Shown piece after piece: positions 59,691 through 64,000 of a stretch of 64,000 nt of DNA; within the stretch, counting starts at the first letter, position 1; each line of letters begins with the position of its first letter. This DNA comes from Pirellulales bacterium (lineage in GTDB: Bacteria; Planctomycetota; Planctomycetia; Pirellulales; PALSA-1355), in NCBI GenBank assembly GCA_963733035.1, contig CAVTBU010000004.1, positions 32,001-96,000 of the forward strand. Reading direction: 5' to 3'. The notes beneath the pieces were generated by a model. The model saw nothing but the letters and a program-made list of their open reading frames with translations. It was not told the origin of the DNA and ran no database searches. The position numbers and the translations under genes are program-made.

Positions 59691-59984
59691 CTATGGACCG
59701 CCGCAAATCAAAGCCAGTAACGGAATGACTACAACGAGAATCGGCACGACCGCTATGCATGCCCCCACAATTGCCCCCTTGAACCACATTCCAAACAGAG
59801 CCCCACACGCCGCTCCGAGAAAAGTGGCGGTCAGGAATACCAAACACAACGTGGACATAATGCTCGTTCCCCACGGGAGCCTCCAGACCGCCAATCCACA
59901 CCCGATGAAGAACGTGCATAAGAAGATGCGTCGAATCGTGCTCCCAGCTGTGCGCTCCCGCGTTTCGTCAACGGCTTCGCTCAT
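59691..59984 (-). CDS. Small multi-TM hypothetical protein
   Basis: MSEAVD... with about 3 hydrophobic helices; TAGAAT-N6-ATG. Confidence 0.7.
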   Translation of the reverse strand: MSEAVDETRERTAGSTIRRIFLCTFFIGCGLAVWRLPWGTSIMSTLCLVFLTATFLGAACGALFGMWFKGAIVGACIAVVPILVVVIPLLALICGGP

Positions 59985-60064
59985 TCCGGCATTCTAGCAG
60001 GGGAGCGGACGCGCACGAAAAAGCCCGCGAGGAACTTTTCCGCCTCGCCGGCTATACTGGCAGT

Positions 60065-60388
60065 ATGAGCGAGGCATGCGACAAACCGCGATCGCGTAGA
60101 AAAAGTTCCGCCGGAATTTCGGTTGCGCTGACTTGCGGTCTAATTACTGGCTCGTCTCTGTTTCAGAGTTCCGGCATCCTTCCCTCGATTGCCGGATTCG
60201 CAGTAACCGCTGCAATGGCCTTTGGGCTCTGGTGGCTTGTCGATCCGCGAAAGAGTCATTGGACCGGGCTTCTATTGGCGGTCGTGCTCACTGCAGCCGC
60301 AGCAACTATTCTGGTCACCACGCCCGTCCTCCCCGACCTCCTGACCTGGGCAGGTTTCTTCGACATCGGCCCAATCCCTGACCCGTAG
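60065..60388 (+). CDS. Small multi-TM hypothetical protein
   Basis: MSEACD... with about 3 hydrophobic helices; TATACT-N6-ATG. Confidence 0.7.
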   Translation: MSEACDKPRSRRKSSAGISVALTCGLITGSSLFQSSGILPSIAGFAVTAAMAFGLWWLVDPRKSHWTGLLLAVVLTAAAATILVTTPVLPDLLTWAGFFDIGPIPDP

Positions 60389-60405
60389 CCGTATCGGCAA
60401 TTCCA

Positions 60406-60442
60406 ATTTCAGACTGACCCACTAGGTAGTGGGTGATTAGTC
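60406..60442. repeat. ATTTCAGACTGACCCACTA-GG-TAGTGGGTGATTAGTC junction (copy 2)
   Basis: Perfect ACCCACTA/TAGTGGGT palindrome containing the 17-mer also at 59654. Confidence 0.75.
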
Positions 60443-60456
60443 AGGCGCGACACGCC

Positions 60457-60485
60457 TTGAACCGCACGCCCCTTGGCCTTATAAA
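60457..60485 (+). promoter_or_regulatory. Sigma70-like promoter of tRNA-Leu
   Basis: TTGAAC-N17-TATAAA. Confidence 0.5.
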
Positions 60486-60496
60486 TTGTTGTTTGG

Positions 60497-60580
60497 GCCG
60501 AAGTGGCGGAATTGGCAGACGCGCTAGCCTCAGGAGCTAGTCCGGGTAACCGGGTGCAGGTTCAAGTCCTGTCTTCGGCA
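60497..60580 (+). tRNA. tRNA-Leu(CAG)
   Basis: GCCGAAG acceptor stem, CTAGC-CTCAGGA-GCTAG anticodon arm, long variable arm, GGTTCAAGTCC T-arm. Confidence 0.96.
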
Positions 60581-60724
60581 CTTTCTTGAAAGTTGCGGGG
60601 CGGATCGGCTCAAGTAGCCGCCCGCCCCGTTCTCTTTGGCTGCGGGGCGATTTACAATGCCTCCCCGGCGCTGCGTGCGTCAACTCTCCATGCCAGCCGA
60701 ACCGCCACCCCCTGCTCCGTCACT

Positions 60725-61841
60725 ATGAAAATCTCCCAAATCGTCTGCCAGATTCTTCGCATCGAAAACGTCGAGGCCAAAACGGCCAGCAGCCAGGACG
60801 CGGTGATCGTCCGCGTCCGCACCGACTCGGGTTTGGAGGGAATTGGCGAGGCGGACGCTTCGCCCGAGGTCGTCAAGGCGATCGTCGACGCGCCGTTCAG
60901 CCACAATATCGCCTGCGGCCTGCGGGAAATTCTCATCGGCGAGAACCCGCTCGAAACCGAGCGGCTCTGGCAAAAGATGTATCGCCGCACGATGTACTTC
61001 GGCCGCACGTCGGTTGGCATCGCCGCAATGGCCGCCGTCGACATGGCGCTGTGGGACCTCAAAGGCAAGCACTACCACGAGCCGATCCACCGGTTGCTCG
61101 GTGGCAAGCAACACGACAAGATTCGGGCCTACGCCTCGATTCTGTTCGGCCACGACGGCCAGGCCACGCGCGATATCGCCTGTCGCTGGCGCGATGCCGG
61201 CTACACGGCCGTCAAATGCGGTTGGGAACCGATGGGCACCAGCGAAGCGGTCGACATCGACCTGGTGCGCGGGCGCGCGAAGGGGTTGGCGATGGCACGC
61301 TGCTCGTCGACGCTGGCTGCGTGTGGGACGCGCGGACCGCCCTGCGGCGCGCCCACGCTTTCGCCGAGTTCGGCATCGAGTGGCTGGAAGAACCGCTGCG
61401 CGAGGACGATCTGGACGGCTACTGTTGGCTGCGCGACCGCTCGCCGGTGCCGATTGCCTCGGGCGAAGGAGAATGCGGCCGAGAAGCGTTTCGCCCCTGG
61501 ATCGATCGCCATGCCCTCGACGTTTACCAGGTCGACCTGTCGAGGTGTGGTTTCACTGACGCTGCATTTATTCGCGCGCGGGTCGAGGAGCGCGGGCGCG
61601 GCTCTGCAACCACAGTTACACCAGCCCGCTGACCGTCGCGGCCAGTTTGCATTGGCTGTGCACGTGCCGCGATGCGTTCCTGTTTGAAGACTGCGTGGAA
61701 GATTCGCCGCTGCGGCACGAGCTGACCACCGAGAAGGTGCAAGCAGTCGATGGCTGGATCACGCCGACCGAAAAGCCGGGCCTGGGCGTGACATTGGACG
61801 AGAAGTTTGTGAAGCGACATTTGGTCTGCGAGAGTTTATAG
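60725..61841 (+). CDS. Mandelate racemase/muconate lactonizing enzyme family protein, frameshifts at ~61272 and ~61595
   Basis: TDSGLEGIGE, AVDMALWDLKGK, LLGG / LLVDAG, WLEEPL, IASGE, QVDLSRCG / PTEKPGLGV. Confidence 0.88.
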
Positions 61842-61908
61842 CGCAAGCGAGAATGCGTACCACGCAGCGTCGGCGCTGCCTCCGGGCGAGACTTGTGAGT
61901 GAGGAGCG

Positions 61909-63360
61909 ATGCACGTCGATACGCCACAGACTCATTGCCTGGCGGCCGCGGCTCGGCGAGACATCACGCCGCCGGTGGGAATCTATCATCGGATGTGGGG
62001 TGCCGCGACGCACGACCGCTCGATCGGCGTGCATCGACCGCTGACATGCACGGCGCTCGCACTCGCGCCGGACGAGGGAAAGCAGCCGACGGCGAAAACG
62101 GCCGTGCAAGTCGTCGTGGCAGTAGATCACTGTTTGCTCTGGAACGACGACATGCAGGCGCTCAGCGAGCGCGTTTGTCGTGCAACGGACCTGGAGCGCA
62201 GCCAACTGCAAATCGCCTTCTCGCACACGCACGGCGCGGGCTTGATGGACTCATCGCGGGCCGACTTGCCCGGCGGCGAATTGATCGGGCCGTACCTGGC
62301 CTTGCTGGCAACGACGATCGGCGACGCGGTCAACCAGGCGGTCAACTCACTCGCGCCGGCGGGCATCGTTTACGGCGCGGGGCATTGCCGTTTGGCAGCC
62401 AACCGCGATTTTCGCGACACCGAAAACGGATTGTACGTTTGTGGTTTCAATCCGCAGGGTGACGCCGACGATACGGTTGTCGTCGCTCGTGTCACAGACG
62501 CGCGGCAGCGGGTAATTGCGACCGTGGTAAACTATGCGTGCCATCCGACGACACTTGCTTGGGACAACACTCTGATCAGTCCTGACTATGTCGGTGCAAT
62601 GCGCGAGGTGATTGAAAACGCCACGGACGGGGTCCCTTGCGTGTTTCTGCAGGGAGCTTCCGGCGACCTGGGACCGCACCGCGGATTCGTCGGCGACCCG
62701 GCCGTCGCCGATCGAAACGGCCGCGAGCTGGGGTACGCGGCGCTGGCCGCGCTCGAATCGCTACCCGCCGCCGGAACTCGCTATGAATACGCCGGACCCG
62801 TCGTCTCGGGCGCCACGATCGGCATGTGGAGCGACCGTCCGCTGCCGAACGACGATCTGTGCCAAAAGTATCGTTGGCAGGTCGAAACGCTCGAGATCCC
62901 TTTGCCCTACCGACCCGACCTGCCGAACCGCGAACACACCGAGGAGGAACTGGCGCGCTGGATGCGCGAGGAGCATCAGGCGAAACAAGCTGGCGACGCG
63001 GCGCTGGCGCGGGATTGTCGTGCGCAGATCGAACGCATGACCCGGCAACTCAGCCGACTGCGTGCCCTGCCGCCGGGAGACTCGGCCACGGTTCGCGCGG
63101 TCCTATGGCGGTTGGGAGATGCGCTGTGGGTGTTGGTCGCCGGCGAGCACTATCAAACGCTGCAGCGCAGCCTGCGCGAGCGATTTTCCGATCGTCCGCT
63201 CATTGTTGCCACGGTTACCAACGGCTGGCTCCCCGGTTATTTGCCGACGGCCGAGACGTACGGCCAGGGAATATATCAAGAGTCGATTGCGGTCGTTGCC
63301 GCGGGCTCGCTGGAACGGTTGATTGAATTGCTGGCGCACGAGCTTGAGCGGCTCTTGTAG
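61909..63360 (+). CDS. Neutral/alkaline ceramidase-like hydrolase (planctomycete hypothetical family)
   Basis: RDITPPVG, FSHTHGAG, VNYACHPT, ISPDYVG, FLQGASGD, GYLP. Confidence 0.75.
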   Translation: MHVDTPQTHCLAAAARRDITPPVGIYHRMWGAATHDRSIGVHRPLTCTALALAPDEGKQPTAKTAVQVVVAVDHCLLWNDDMQALSERVCRATDLERSQLQIAFSHTHGAGLMDSSRADLPGGELIGPYLALLATTIGDAVNQAVNSLAPAGIVYGAGHCRLAANRDFRDTENGLYVCGFNPQGDADDTVVVARVTDARQRVIATVVNYACHPTTLAWDNTLISPDYVGAMREVIENATDGVPCVFLQGASGDLGPHRGFVGDPAVADRNGRELGYAALAALESLPAAGTRYEYAGPVVSGATIGMWSDRPLPNDDLCQKYRWQVETLEIPLPYRPDLPNREHTEEELARWMREEHQAKQAGDAALARDCRAQIERMTRQLSRLRALPPGDSATVRAVLWRLGDALWVLVAGEHYQTLQRSLRERFSDRPLIVATVTNGWLPGYLPTAETYGQGIYQESIAVVAAGSLERLIELLAHELERLL

Positions 63361-63471
63361 TGTGCCGCCGGACGGCGACTGCCGCCGCCCATCGGCGGCA
63401 AATGCACGACGTCGAGGAACTCGGTAAATCGGCAGCATCCTGCGCAATCTGATCGCGCAGTCGGCGCCATT

Positions 63472-64000
63472 TTACTTTGCGTACTGCAGCACCGCCGTCA
63501 CTGGAAAGTGATCGGATGGGTATCGGCCATCGCGACTAGCACGGTCGATCGTCGCCTCGATCGGCTTGAAGGCGGGCGACGCCAGGATGAAGTCGATCCG
63601 CCCCCCTCGCGTGCGCCCCTTAAATCCGTTGAACGTGGCTTCTTCCTCGTCGGCCATCGGATGCAGCTGCCGGTAGACGTCGAGGAACTTCAGCGAGTCC
63701 GTCTCGGAAGTCATCAGGGCCCGCAGACCCGGGTGAGTTTCGTTGACGTTAAAATCGCCCGTGATGATCGTCGGCTGGTTGGCGGCTTTCTCGCCCATCC
63801 AGGTATGAATGATCTTGCCCGACTCGATGCGGGCCTGGTTGCCGACGTGATCCCAGTGCGTATTGAGAAAGACGATCTCGCGGCCATCCGACTGCACGTC
63901 GCGGAGCTTGGCCCAGGTGGCCACGCGCGGCAGCGAGCTATCCCAGCTTTTGCTGCCAGGCTTGCGCGGCGTTTCGCTCAGCCAGAACGTGCCCGAGGAG
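63472..64000 (-). CDS. Endonuclease/exonuclease/phosphatase family protein (5' end outside window)
   Basis: GTFWLSETP...LPRVATW, NTHWDH, TGDFN, RIDFI, PSDHFPV. Confidence 0.9.
   Translation of the reverse strand, partial: SSGTFWLSETPRKPGSKSWDSSLPRVATWAKLRDVQSDGREIVFLNTHWDHVGNQARIESGKIIHTWMGEKAANQPTIITGDFNVNETHPGLRALMTSETDSLKFLDVYRQLHPMADEEEATFNGFKGRTRGGRIDFILASPAFKPIEATIDRASRDGRYPSDHFPVTAVLQYAK

Overview
GC-rich bacterial DNA, most likely a planctomycete of Pirellulales type. This is inferred from the PEP-CTERM proteins, DUF1080, an ECF sigma/WD40 Ser-Thr kinase pair, BlaI/BlaR1 and a 'KRRWFRFSLR' protein. (1) ~2.2-15.15 kb is an integrated, phage-satellite-like element next to the 3' end of tRNA-Asn. 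It encodes DUF2924, a large serine recombinase, an HTH protein, a P4/D5-type helicase followed by an iteron-like ori candidate, a ParB-methyltransferase and a HARE-HTH protein. It also carries two HTH-TerS/TerL terminase modules of different TerL subtypes, separated by a catalytic-domain-only tyrosine recombinase. No portal, capsid or tail genes are visible. (2) 15.5-52.5 kb is mostly ordinary chromosome: glgE, maltokinase, pyc, M28 peptidase, FKBP, BlaI plus a BlaR1-polysaccharide-export fusion, PEP-CTERM genes, an internally deleted hybrid kinase, hydrolases, ECF/STK, ABC-F, two SPINDLY-like TPR glycosyltransferases and a methyltransferase. (3) Variable patches beside tRNA-Met and tRNA-Leu hold small orphan genes with a precise TANNNT-N6-ATG (leaderless) start. 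Next to tRNA-Leu, three of these end in a shared CACTACC/GGTAGTG motif, which suggests cassette-like mobile mini-genes. Many small frameshifts, some in housekeeping-type genes, suggest assembly indel errors. All calls come from motif recognition by eye; no searches were run.
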